From: an uncultured Clostridia bacterium
GTDB taxonomy: Bacteria; Bacillota; Clostridia; Oscillospirales; Acutalibacteraceae
NCBI GenBank assembly: GCA_946041635.1
Contig: CAMGDG010000001.1
Coordinates: 1-61,536, forward strand
Direction: 5' to 3'
Length of the DNA: 61,536 nt
Positions 7,960 to 16,707 of this stretch are shown in pieces. Under the pieces are notes generated by a model, which did no database searches, was not told the DNA's origin, and saw only the letters and a list, made by a program, of their open reading frames with translations. Made by a program: the position numbers and the translations under genes. Each line of letters starts with the position of its first letter. The stretch's first letter is position 1.

Positions 7960-9272
7960 TATGCATTACCCTCCTTTTTCTTTGCACGCTCTGCCGCAAG
8001 CATATTCTTTGCCAAACTGTTCGTTTCAACCAAAGGACGCTTTGCGGGACAAACATAAGCACAACAACCGCAGAGCATACAGATATCTGCACCCAACTTT
8101 TCGAGTGCTTCGGCATCTTTATTCTTATATGCCTTTGCAATAGCTGCCGGATTGATACCGAACGGGCAACTGTTTGTGCACTTGCCGCATTTGATACAAG
8201 CGGTTGTTTTTGCTGTTTTTGTTTCTTTCTTATTGAATGCTATGAGAGCATTGGTCTGTTTGAGCACCGGCACTGTAAGGTCGGGTACTGCAACGCCCAT
8301 CATAGGTCCGCCATAGATAACTTTTTCGGGGTCGGAGTTAAATCCGCCGCAAAAATCGAACACTTCACCTATGGGTGTACCGATTGCAACGATTACATTC
8401 TTCGGCTCTTTAACTGCGCCGCCGTCAACTGTAACCACCTTTTCTACAAGTGGCATACCTGTTTTTAAGTATTTACCGATATTTGCCATTGTTGATGAGT
8501 TACACACGATGCAACCTACATCTGCCGGAAGCTCGCCGACTTTAACAGTTCTGCCGACAGTATGATAAATGAGAACTTTCTCGCCGCCTTGCGGATAAAC
8601 CGATGAAAGAACTTTAACTTGAATTTTATTATTCTTTGCCGAGAGTTCTTTCATTTTTGCAATAGCGGACGGTTTGTTCTTTTCAATACCGATAACTATT
8701 TTTTCAAAGTTAAAGTATTTATCGGCAGTTTCAATTGCCAATAAAATGTCGTCGGCATTTTCTACCATTGTGATTGAATCGCTTGTAATATAAGGCTCAC
8801 ATTCTGCACCGTTGATCACAAGAGTATCTATTTTCTTGTCTGTTGCGAATTTTACATAAGTTGGAAATCCTGCGCCGCCAAGGCCCACAATACCGCTCTT
8901 TTTAACAGCTTCGATAAAATCCTCTTTACTGTTAATTTGCGGTGCCGCCACTGACTCATCGGGAGTCATTGCACCGTCCGACTCAATTGTGATTGCGGGA
9001 GCAGTTTTACCGTTTGAAATCACTGTATCTGCGATAGCTTTAACAGTACCCGATACACTTGAATAAACGGGAGAAGAAATAAATCCGTCTTGCTCGGCAA
9101 TCAATGTTCCCACTGATACTGTGTCGCCGACATTTACCACCGGTTTTGCAGGCTTTCCTATATGCATTGTAGTAAGCAACGTCACTGTTTTCGGAGCAGG
9201 CATTCTGGCTGCTTGCATATCGGCAGTATTCTTTCTGTGAGGCACATGAATACCTTTAAGAGAAAAAGCCAT
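7959..9272 (-). CDS. rnfC: Rnf complex subunit C
   Basis: ORF 7959..9338. Preferred start is ATG 9272 (MAFSLKGIHVP) behind AAAGGTAGGA. Contains GLGGAGFPT and two 4Fe-4S motifs, CIKCGKCTNSCP and CMLCGCCAYVCP. Confidence 0.93.
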   Translation of the reverse strand: MAFSLKGIHVPHRKNTADMQAARMPAPKTVTLLTTMHIGKPAKPVVNVGDTVSVGTLIAEQDGFISSPVYSSVSGTVKAIADTVISNGKTAPAITIESDGAMTPDESVAAPQINSKEDFIEAVKKSGIVGLGGAGFPTYVKFATDKKIDTLVINGAECEPYITSDSITMVENADDILLAIETADKYFNFEKIVIGIEKNKPSAIAKMKELSAKNNKIQVKVLSSVYPQGGEKVLIYHTVGRTVKVGELPADVGCIVCNSSTMANIGKYLKTGMPLVEKVVTVDGGAVKEPKNVIVAIGTPIGEVFDFCGGFNSDPEKVIYGGPMMGVAVPDLTVPVLKQTNALIAFNKKETKTAKTTACIKCGKCTNSCPFGINPAAIAKAYKNKDAEALEKLGADICMLCGCCAYVCPAKRPLVETNSLAKNMLAAERAKKKEGNA

Positions 9273-9375
9273 TTTTAATCCTACCTTTCTTTCTGTCGTA
9301 TCAAAGCAGAAGTATTTTTTTGGTAAATAGAACACCAAAAAGCATAATTCCGCACAATACTTCTATATCCTTCAT

Positions 9376-9404
9376 ATTATATATTTTTTGTTGATTTCTG
9401 TCAA
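9376..9404 (-). promoter_or_regulatory. Consensus sigma-70-type promoter for the rnf operon
   Basis: The minus strand reads TTGACA (9404-9399), a 17-nt spacer, then TATAAT (9381-9376). It lies ~100 nt upstream of the rnfC ATG. Confidence 0.65.
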
Positions 9405-9407
9405 CAA
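9388..9407. promoter_or_regulatory. Palindromic operator candidate overlapping the -35 and spacer of the rnf promoter
   Basis: TTGTTGA-N6-TCAACAA, perfect 7-bp arms. The half-sites are Rex-like but the spacing is 2 nt longer than TTGTGAA-N4-TTCACAA. Confidence 0.4.
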
Positions 9408-9481
9408 AATTATTGTTATATCTTTGCTAAATTCGGTAGCACTTTTTGACATTTTTTTTGCAAAAAGCATTTTAAAAATGA

Positions 9482-9510
9482 TTGACTTTATTCGCAGAAA
9501 AGAGTATCTT
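9482..9510 (+). promoter_or_regulatory. Candidate promoter for the mrp cluster
   Basis: TTGACT, 17 nt, TATCTT, ~55 nt upstream of the mrpE ATG. The -10 element is weak. Confidence 0.3.
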
Positions 9511-9563
9511 TATTAGTGATTTTTATACCTATTTATATAGCATCTTAAAGGAGACTTAAAATT

Positions 9564-10037
9564 ATGATAATTCTCTTATTTTTATTATGGATTATGCTGA
9601 ACGGTCGATTTACGGCAGATGCGGGAATGATTGAAGTCTGCATTGTGGGAATATTTGTCTGTGCTTTCGCCTACTTTTTCGCTCACAAAGCATTGGGCTA
9701 CACATTAAAATCAGAACTGCGTTTATTCAAAAAAGCCCCTGTTCTTTTAGCATACTTTTTCATTCTGATAAAAGAAATCATTATTGCTAATTTTCAGATG
9801 ATGAAAATCGTTGTCAGCAAAAAAGCAGAAATTCACCCTGTTATGATTAAGGTGAAGATACCCCTAAAAACAAATTTTGCGAGAGTGCTTTTGGCAAACT
9901 CCATCACTCTCACCCCCGGTACTATCACCGCTGAATTAGAAGATGATTATTTCACAATACACTGTATTGACTCTGCTTTTGCAGAAGGAATTGAAAGCAG
10001 TTCATTTGTAAAGATTTTAGAAAGGTTGGAGAAATAA
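9564..10037 (+). CDS. mrpE: Mrp/Mnh cation:proton antiporter subunit E
   Basis: 157 aa with the hallmark NSITLTPGT motif. RBS AAAGGAG. Confidence 0.9.
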   Translation: MIILLFLLWIMLNGRFTADAGMIEVCIVGIFVCAFAYFFAHKALGYTLKSELRLFKKAPVLLAYFFILIKEIIIANFQMMKIVVSKKAEIHPVMIKVKIPLKTNFARVLLANSITLTPGTITAELEDDYFTIHCIDSAFAEGIESSSFVKILERLEK

Positions 10038-10038
10038 A

Positions 10039-10344
10039 ATGATTGAACAAGCTTATTCATATTTATATCTTGCCGTTTGCATTTGTCTCGGATTTGCAAT
10101 TATTGCAACGCTTATCCGTTCAATTACCGCAAAGACCGTTATCGGCAGATTTGTGGGAGTCAATATGCTCACAACAATAGTTTTGATTGTCATTTGTATT
10201 CTGTCGTTATTCTTAAAAGAGGGATATTTAACCGATGTTGCTCTTATCTATGCACTTCTCAGCTGCATTTCGGTTATTCTTCTAAGTAAAACTTATATCA
10301 ACCTTTTCAAAAAAGACAACAAGGACAATGGAGGTGAAAAATAA
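10039..10344 (+). CDS. mrpF: Mrp/Mnh antiporter subunit F
   Basis: 101 aa, 3 TM helices, immediately follows mrpE; MnhF-like. Confidence 0.85.
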   Translation: MIEQAYSYLYLAVCICLGFAIIATLIRSITAKTVIGRFVGVNMLTTIVLIVICILSLFLKEGYLTDVALIYALLSCISVILLSKTYINLFKKDNKDNGGEK

Positions 10345-10712
10345 TGCTTGAATGGATTCGTTTCTCATTTGCGGCATTGTTTTTTGCCGCCGGAATCATT
10401 GCACTTTTCATATCAATATTCGGCACATTCCGTTTTAACTATTCTCTTAACCGTATGCACTCTGCCGCTATGTGTGACACGCTTATACTGATGTTCTTCA
10501 TTACAGGGCTTATTATTGCATCGGGTATTGACCTTATGTCACTGAAATTCTTATTTATTGTTATTATTCAGTGGTGTACAAGCCCATTAGTTTCACACAT
10601 TTTTGTTAAAGCAAAACTTCTTACGGATAAGAATATCTGTGAGCATTGTGAAATTCGTATAGATGACGAAGCTCTTCACGAAGAAGAAATAAAAAAGGAG
10701 GAAAATGAATAA
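10344..10712 (+). CDS. mrpG: Mrp/Mnh antiporter subunit G
   Basis: 122 aa with the GTFRFNYSLNRMHSAAMCDT block typical of MnhG. Start overlaps the upstream stop. Confidence 0.85.
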   Translation: MLEWIRFSFAALFFAAGIIALFISIFGTFRFNYSLNRMHSAAMCDTLILMFFITGLIIASGIDLMSLKFLFIVIIQWCTSPLVSHIFVKAKLLTDKNICEHCEIRIDDEALHEEEIKKEENE

Positions 10713-11020
10713 TGGAGGATATTATTACTGTATTCCGACTTTTGCTTCTCATTTCACTCGTTGTTTGTGCAATTGCGACTGCACTTTCAAAAAGAGTTAT
10801 GACCGCACTTATTATTTTCACATCATACAGTGTTATTATGTCAGTTGTATGGTTACTTTTACGCTCGCCCGACTTGGCTATTACAGAAGCCGCTGTGGGT
10901 GCGGGTGTAAACGGTGTTTTGTTCTTTATCACTCTTCGCAAGCTCCATCTTATTGACAAAGATTTTGCAGATGACGAAGACGGAAAAATTGATGAAGGGG
11001 TGAATGTTAATGAAGAATAA
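10712..11020 (+). CDS. MrpA-C-terminal/MbhD-like small membrane subunit (DUF4040-type)
   Basis: 102 aa, 3 TM helices, acidic tail. Its position between G and B matches the Mbh/Mbx-type gene order. Confidence 0.65.
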   Translation: MEDIITVFRLLLLISLVVCAIATALSKRVMTALIIFTSYSVIMSVVWLLLRSPDLAITEAAVGAGVNGVLFFITLRKLHLIDKDFADDEDGKIDEGVNVNEE

Positions 11021-11912
11021 AAAGGTTTCATCTCTTTTAAAAGAATGGTATGAAGGTAATTTAAGCTTTGACGAAAGAATGGATAATGACAGTCATAAAA
11101 AAGAAACAGCGGAAGTTGAAGAAAAAGAAATTCGTCTTGTTAAAGATGTTGAAAAAGCCGAAAAGGAACTCACATCAAAAGGATATAAGTTTTTCTCAGT
11201 AATTTTCTGCGTTATTCTTGCGTTAATTCTCATACTGACCGTGAATTTTATGCCGCTTTTCGCAGACAATAACACGCCTACAACCAATGAAGTTTATGAG
11301 CACTATGTAGGCGAGGGTAGGGACCAAACGGGTGCTGTTAACACCGTTGCGGGTATGATTTTAGACTACCGTGCATTTGATACCTTGGGCGAATCCTTTG
11401 TTCTTTTCACCGCTACTTGTGCTGTTCTTCTTTTACTTGAACAAAGCAAGAAACAAAATGTTAAAGAAAAAGAATCATTCACATTTTCAAATGACCCGAT
11501 TGTTTGTACAATCGTTAAAATTATTACTCCTATTATCATCGTTTTCGGTGTATATGTTCTTTTCAACGGTCACATTTCTCCCGGCGGCGGATTTTCGGGC
11601 GGTTCTGTGCTCGGCGCCGGATTTATTCTCTTCGCCATGGCTTACGGTGAAGATAAGGCGGCAAAAATTATTACGCCAAAAATCATTCGTGTTATCACAA
11701 TTTGCTCTTTGAGTTTTTATTGTCTTGCAAAAAGTTATTCATTCTTCACAGGTAATGAATTCAACGGTATTCACTCAATAATTACTCCCGGTACACCCGG
11801 TGATATTGTTTCGGGCGGTTTGATTTTACCGCTTAACATTGCAGTTGGATTGGTTGTTTGCTGTACTATGTACAGTTTCTATATGGTTTTCAAAAGGGGG
11901 CGTCTTGATTGA
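11004..11912 (+). CDS. mrpB: MnhB/MrpB-domain subunit with a hydrophilic N-terminal extension
   Basis: 302 aa. The charged first ~65 aa are followed by a TM region containing TNEVYEHYV...GAVNTVAGMILDYRAFDTLGE, which is MnhB-like. The start is uncertain (17-nt overlap with the upstream ORF). Confidence 0.75.
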   Translation: MLMKNKKVSSLLKEWYEGNLSFDERMDNDSHKKETAEVEEKEIRLVKDVEKAEKELTSKGYKFFSVIFCVILALILILTVNFMPLFADNNTPTTNEVYEHYVGEGRDQTGAVNTVAGMILDYRAFDTLGESFVLFTATCAVLLLLEQSKKQNVKEKESFTFSNDPIVCTIVKIITPIIIVFGVYVLFNGHISPGGGFSGGSVLGAGFILFAMAYGEDKAAKIITPKIIRVITICSLSFYCLAKSYSFFTGNEFNGIHSIITPGTPGDIVSGGLILPLNIAVGLVVCCTMYSFYMVFKRGRLD

Positions 11913-12286
11913 ATCTTCTCATAAACTATGAAGCAGTTACTTCAATGGTTTTGTTTGCCATTGGTTTTACTATGCTTGTTTTCTCCCGCAACATTATGAA
12001 AAAAATTCTCGGTCTTAACATTGTTGACACAGGCGTCTATCTTTTTCTTGCGTCAATGGGATATATTGAAGGAAAACTCACTCCCATTGTGCCTGCAACG
12101 GGTGAAGTAAATGCTCTTGACTACATAAACCCTATTCCCCAAGGACTTGTTCTTACGGGAATTGTTGTGTCGGTCAGTTTTTCGGCACTTATGTTAGCCC
12201 TTACAGTTCGCCTTTATAAAAAATATCGCACATTAAATCTTGATAAGATTTATGAAATGTGCCGCAAGGAGGATGAACAAGAATAA
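11909..12286 (+). CDS. mrpC: Mrp antiporter subunit C (NuoK-like)
   Basis: 125 aa, 3 TM helices, NuoK/MnhC-like; translationally coupled to its neighbours. Confidence 0.85.
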   Translation: MNLLINYEAVTSMVLFAIGFTMLVFSRNIMKKILGLNIVDTGVYLFLASMGYIEGKLTPIVPATGEVNALDYINPIPQGLVLTGIVVSVSFSALMLALTVRLYKKYRTLNLDKIYEMCRKEDEQE

Positions 12287-13794
12287 TGGACTTTATTATG
12301 AATCTTCCTTTTGTGACTATTGTATTGTCGCTTTTCAGTGCGGTTATTTGCTTTGCATTCAAAGATAAAAAGGCGCGTTTTGTTTCATATTTTCTCTTGA
12401 TTGCGTCAGGAATTATGTCTGCCTCGGTTATATTTTATAACCTATCCTCCGAAAGCGGTTATTTTGTTTACAGAATGGGACATTATGACGCTCCCATCGG
12501 CAACGAGATTTCAGCAGGACTTTTAGAACCGTCTTTCTTGCTTCTTTTTGAAGTGGTTATGCTTCTTTCTCTTATGGGTGGCTCGCACCATATTATGCGT
12601 GATGTTGAAGAAGCAAAGCAAAAGTATTTTGCCATTATGGTGAACTTAACTCACGCTTCCCTTGCGGCACTTTGTTATACAAACGATATTTTCACGGGAT
12701 ATGTATTCATCGAAGTCTGCACAATTGCTTCTTGCTCACTTTTAATGCTTTCAAAAAGAATAAGAGCATTAGTCGCCGCAACCCGATATATGATTTTCAG
12801 TCTTATCGGTTCAAGTTTGGTACTTGTAGGAATTATTTTGCTCTATTCAATTACGGGACACCTTCTTTTTCCACAGCTTTATGAAGCCATCGGAACACTC
12901 TGGTCAACGGGTGAATACACATTCCCGCTGACAATCGCATTAGGTCTTATTGTTTCGGGTCTTGCAATCAAAAGCGGTATGTTTCCATTCCATTTTTGGA
13001 TGCCCGACACCTATGGCACAGCCACTCCGTCAGCCTCGGGTATTTTATCGGGTGTAGTTTCAAAAGGATATATCTTTCTGTTACTGAAAATTATTTTCCG
13101 TGTTATCGGATATGAAGTTTTCCTTGACTCAAATATTCATTATCTTCTTTTCTTGTTCGGTATCTGCGGTATGATTGTCGGCTCTGTTTCTGCAATCAAG
13201 ACAAATAATATCAATTTTATGATTGCATATTCTTCCGCCGCTCAAATCGGTTATATTTATATGGGATTAGGGCTTGGCACAAAGGCTGCAATTGTTGCGG
13301 CATTATTCCAAATTGTTGCCCACTCTCTCACAAAGCCGATGCTTTTCCTTTCGGTGTCGGGGCTTTCTGACACGGTTGACGGCAGACAAGATTTTGCCGC
13401 ATTGAATTCATCGGCCCACAACAACAAAATTGCGGCTGTTTCTTATTCGGCAGGTGCACTTTCAATGGTCGGTATTCCGATTTTTGCAGGGTTTATTCCC
13501 AAACTTCTTTTCTCAGCGTCTGCTTTCGGTCACGGAGTCAGAACATACCTTATGTTAATCGCTCTTGCCATCAGTACAATTCTCAATGTTCTTTACTTTT
13601 TAAGAACACTGATAAATATATACAGTCCTGAAAAAGTGCAAATTACCCGTAAAACAATTCGGTTTAAAGATGTGCCCGTGTTTTCTGTTATTGTTCTTTT
13701 AATGTCAGCAGTAAACATTTTAGCAGGTCTTCGTTCACAGCCCATTATTTCACTCTTTGAAAAAGGCCTTGAACTGTTCATAAATATTCGATAA
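12286..13794 (+). CDS. mrpD: Antiporter-like subunit, MrpD/NuoN family (paralog 1)
   Basis: 502 aa, polytopic, with the proton-conducting-membrane-transporter block FHFWMPDTYGTATPSASGILSG. Confidence 0.85.
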   Translation: MDFIMNLPFVTIVLSLFSAVICFAFKDKKARFVSYFLLIASGIMSASVIFYNLSSESGYFVYRMGHYDAPIGNEISAGLLEPSFLLLFEVVMLLSLMGGSHHIMRDVEEAKQKYFAIMVNLTHASLAALCYTNDIFTGYVFIEVCTIASCSLLMLSKRIRALVAATRYMIFSLIGSSLVLVGIILLYSITGHLLFPQLYEAIGTLWSTGEYTFPLTIALGLIVSGLAIKSGMFPFHFWMPDTYGTATPSASGILSGVVSKGYIFLLLKIIFRVIGYEVFLDSNIHYLLFLFGICGMIVGSVSAIKTNNINFMIAYSSAAQIGYIYMGLGLGTKAAIVAALFQIVAHSLTKPMLFLSVSGLSDTVDGRQDFAALNSSAHNNKIAAVSYSAGALSMVGIPIFAGFIPKLLFSASAFGHGVRTYLMLIALAISTILNVLYFLRTLINIYSPEKVQITRKTIRFKDVPVFSVIVLLMSAVNILAGLRSQPIISLFEKGLELFINIR

Positions 13795-13806
13795 GGGGGA
13801 CACAAA

Positions 13807-15240
13807 GTGCTTTTAATAATTTCAGTTTTATTCCCCGTAATCGGTGGTTTGATTTTACCTTTATTTAATAAAATACAAAACAGAAAAATCAAGTTAAGTT
13901 TTGTAGTTTTAATTCAAGCAATTTCCACATTTCTCGGTTTGATGATTATTTTCGGCGGTAATGTTTCAACGGGCACATTCACATTTGCCCCGGAACTTTC
14001 AATCGGCTTTACCGCTGATTCTCTCGCAAAATTCTTTATTGCACTCACCGTTATCGGTTGGGCACTTGTAACACTCTATGCTTGTGTTTATATGAAGCAC
14101 GAAGAAAACGAAATGAGATTTTTCCTTTTTATGTTCTTGTCAGAAGGTGCTATGATTGGGGCTTCCCTTTCACAAAATCTTATTTCTATGTATGTTTTCT
14201 ATGAAATGGTGACGCTTTTCTCAATGCCATTAGTGTTACATTCCCTTTCAAAAGAGTCAATAAATGCGGCTAAGAAATATCTTTATTATTCTATTGCCGG
14301 CGCATTTTTAGCACTTTTCGGAATATTTGTTCTTGCAACAAATACGGACACTTTATCTTTTGTTTCAGGCAATGGTGTTAATGTTAATCCACTTGTGCTT
14401 ACAGGCGTGTTCACAATGCTTTTGGGCTTTGGCGCTAAGGCAGGTCTTTTCCCCATGCACGGATGGTTGCCGACTGCTCACCCGGTGGCTCCCGCTCCCG
14501 CAAGTGCGCTGCTTTCGGGTCTTATTGCAAAAGCAGGTGTTTTGGCAATTATCAGAACTGTTTTCTATGTTGTGGGTGCCGACACATTAGTTGGCACTTG
14601 GGTACAAAATGTTGCTCTCATATTCGCATTATTAACTGTGCTGATGGGTTCAATGATGGCTTATCTTGAAAAAGGCTTTAAAAAGCGTCTTGCATTTTCA
14701 ACTGTCAGCCAGATTTCTTATGCTCTCGTAGGACTTTTCCTTTTCAGTGTTGACGGATTTAAAGGCGCTTTATGGCAAATACTTTTCCACGCTGTTGTTA
14801 AGGTCGGACTTTTCCTTTGCGCGGGTGCGGTTATCTTTTTGTATGGCAAAACAGAGATTAAAGACCTTGACGGGTTAGGTAAAAAAATGCCCGTTACTTT
14901 CACTTGCTTTACAATTCTTTCACTTTCACTTATCGGCATTCCGCCAATGGGTGGTTTTTACAGTAAATGGTATCTTGCAACCGCTTCGCTTGAAGCCACC
15001 GAAATCGGCGCTCTTTCTTGGATTGCACCTATAATATTGCTTATTTCGGCCATACTCACCGCCGCGTATCTTTTAGGAATTTCTATCAGGGCTTTCTTCG
15101 GTAAAGAAGAAAAGGAAGTTGATAAGAAAAAAGAGCCGTTGCTCATGGTTATTCCGATTATCGTTTTGACTGTTATTTCTGTCGTTGGCGGTTTTTTCCC
15201 AGTTATAACAAATCATTTTCTTGTATCAGTTTTATTATAG
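13807..15240 (+). CDS. mrpD: Antiporter-like subunit, MrpD/NuoM family (paralog 2)
   Basis: 477 aa with block MHGWLPTAHPVAPAPASALLSG. Confidence 0.85.
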   Translation: MLLIISVLFPVIGGLILPLFNKIQNRKIKLSFVVLIQAISTFLGLMIIFGGNVSTGTFTFAPELSIGFTADSLAKFFIALTVIGWALVTLYACVYMKHEENEMRFFLFMFLSEGAMIGASLSQNLISMYVFYEMVTLFSMPLVLHSLSKESINAAKKYLYYSIAGAFLALFGIFVLATNTDTLSFVSGNGVNVNPLVLTGVFTMLLGFGAKAGLFPMHGWLPTAHPVAPAPASALLSGLIAKAGVLAIIRTVFYVVGADTLVGTWVQNVALIFALLTVLMGSMMAYLEKGFKKRLAFSTVSQISYALVGLFLFSVDGFKGALWQILFHAVVKVGLFLCAGAVIFLYGKTEIKDLDGLGKKMPVTFTCFTILSLSLIGIPPMGGFYSKWYLATASLEATEIGALSWIAPIILLISAILTAAYLLGISIRAFFGKEEKEVDKKKEPLLMVIPIIVLTVISVVGGFFPVITNHFLVSVLL

Positions 15241-15252
15241 GGGGTTATTGAG

Positions 15253-16707
15253 ATGAATAGTTTATTTTTGGTTGTCCCGATTTTTCTTCCTATAATATTG
15301 GGCGCTGTATCCTTTGTAATTCCCGAAAACAAAAAACTCATAAGAAACATCTTTGTAACGGTAACGCTTGTTTGCTCATCAATTTCTGTATGGGTATTAG
15401 CCCTTAACACTCCGCAAGAGTCACTGGTACTGTTAAAGTTTACAGATAATCTGAACTTTGTGTTACGCCTTGACGGAGCCGGCAAGATTTTCTCTTGTCT
15501 TTCGGCAACTCTTTGGCCGTTGACAGCACTTTACGCATTTGAATATATGTCACACGAAAAGCGCTTAAAGATGTTTTATTCATTCTTCACAATGTCTTTT
15601 GGTGCAGTAATGGGTATTGCATATTCAAGCAATATGCTTACAATGTATCTTTTCTATGAGCTGCTCACTCTTTTCACAATTCCACTTGTTATGCACGGAA
15701 TGACCGAGAAGCATAATAGGGCGGCAAGAAAATATATGGCATATTCAATCGGCGGTGCAGCCTTTGCTTTCGCCGGTGTCGCGTTTCTTATTGTAAACGA
15801 TGCCAACGACTTTATCTTTGGCGGCCATATTGTAAATCCGCAAGACCCAAATATTGCACTCATTCTATTTGTGTTTGCATTTATGGGATTCGGTGTTAAA
15901 GCAGCTATTTTTCCGCTTCACAGTTGGTTGGTGACCGCATCGGTAGCCCCCACACCCGTTACAGCGCTTCTTCACTCTGTGGCAGTTGTTAAAGCAGGTG
16001 CTTTCGCAATTATCCGTCTGATTTACTATTCATACGGAACAGCTTTTATAAAAGACACTTGGGCACAGAATTTAGTAATGTTTATTGCTATGTTCACCAT
16101 TCTTTACGGTTCGATGACTGCGTTAAGACAAAGGCATTTCAAACGCAGACTTGCATATTCTACCGTGTCAAACCTTTCATATATCGTTTTTGCGGCAACT
16201 GTTATGACAGAAGCAGGACTTGTTGCGGCATTCTGTCATCTTATTTTTCACTCTGTTATTAAAATCGGCGCTTTCTTTGCGGCAGGCGCCGTGCTTCACA
16301 AAACAGAGCGTGAATATATTGAAGAATTAGAAGGTATCGGCAGAAAAATGCCCCTTACATTCATTTTCTTCGGCATATCAGCACTTTCTCTTACAGGTAT
16401 TCCGCCATTCTGCGGATTTATCAGTAAATGGTATATTGCCTTAGCTGCAATAGAAGCAGAAAATCCGCTTGCTATTGCGGGTGTTGTGATACTTCTCATA
16501 TCTGCATTTTTAACTGCAATGTATATGCTCTCACCCGTTATCAAGGCATTTTTCAGCCGCAAGGATTCCGCAAACAATATTGATAATGTTAAAGAAGCAA
16601 ATGCTCTTATGCAAATTCCGATGGGTATTTGTGCGGTGCTTTGCATTGTAATGGGCATTATGGCTACTCCCGTTATTGAAACCGTAAAGGGGGTTTTGGG
16701 AATATGA
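15253..16707 (+). CDS. mrpD: Antiporter-like subunit, MrpD/NuoM family (paralog 3)
   Basis: 484 aa with block LHSWLVTASVAPTPVTALLHS. Confidence 0.85.
   Translation: MNSLFLVVPIFLPIILGAVSFVIPENKKLIRNIFVTVTLVCSSISVWVLALNTPQESLVLLKFTDNLNFVLRLDGAGKIFSCLSATLWPLTALYAFEYMSHEKRLKMFYSFFTMSFGAVMGIAYSSNMLTMYLFYELLTLFTIPLVMHGMTEKHNRAARKYMAYSIGGAAFAFAGVAFLIVNDANDFIFGGHIVNPQDPNIALILFVFAFMGFGVKAAIFPLHSWLVTASVAPTPVTALLHSVAVVKAGAFAIIRLIYYSYGTAFIKDTWAQNLVMFIAMFTILYGSMTALRQRHFKRRLAYSTVSNLSYIVFAATVMTEAGLVAAFCHLIFHSVIKIGAFFAAGAVLHKTEREYIEELEGIGRKMPLTFIFFGISALSLTGIPPFCGFISKWYIALAAIEAENPLAIAGVVILLISAFLTAMYMLSPVIKAFFSRKDSANNIDNVKEANALMQIPMGICAVLCIVMGIMATPVIETVKGVLGI

Noticed and set aside
9273-9338. 22-codon N-terminal extension of rnfC in the ORF track (start at 9338)
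   Set aside because: The internal ATG at 9272 has a good RBS and gives the usual RnfC N-terminus (MAFSLKGIHVP). The extension would run back toward the mapped promoter.
9388-9407. Calling the palindrome a canonical Rex box
   Set aside because: The arms are separated by 6 nt rather than 4 and the half-site is TTGTTGA. It is kept only as a generic operator candidate.
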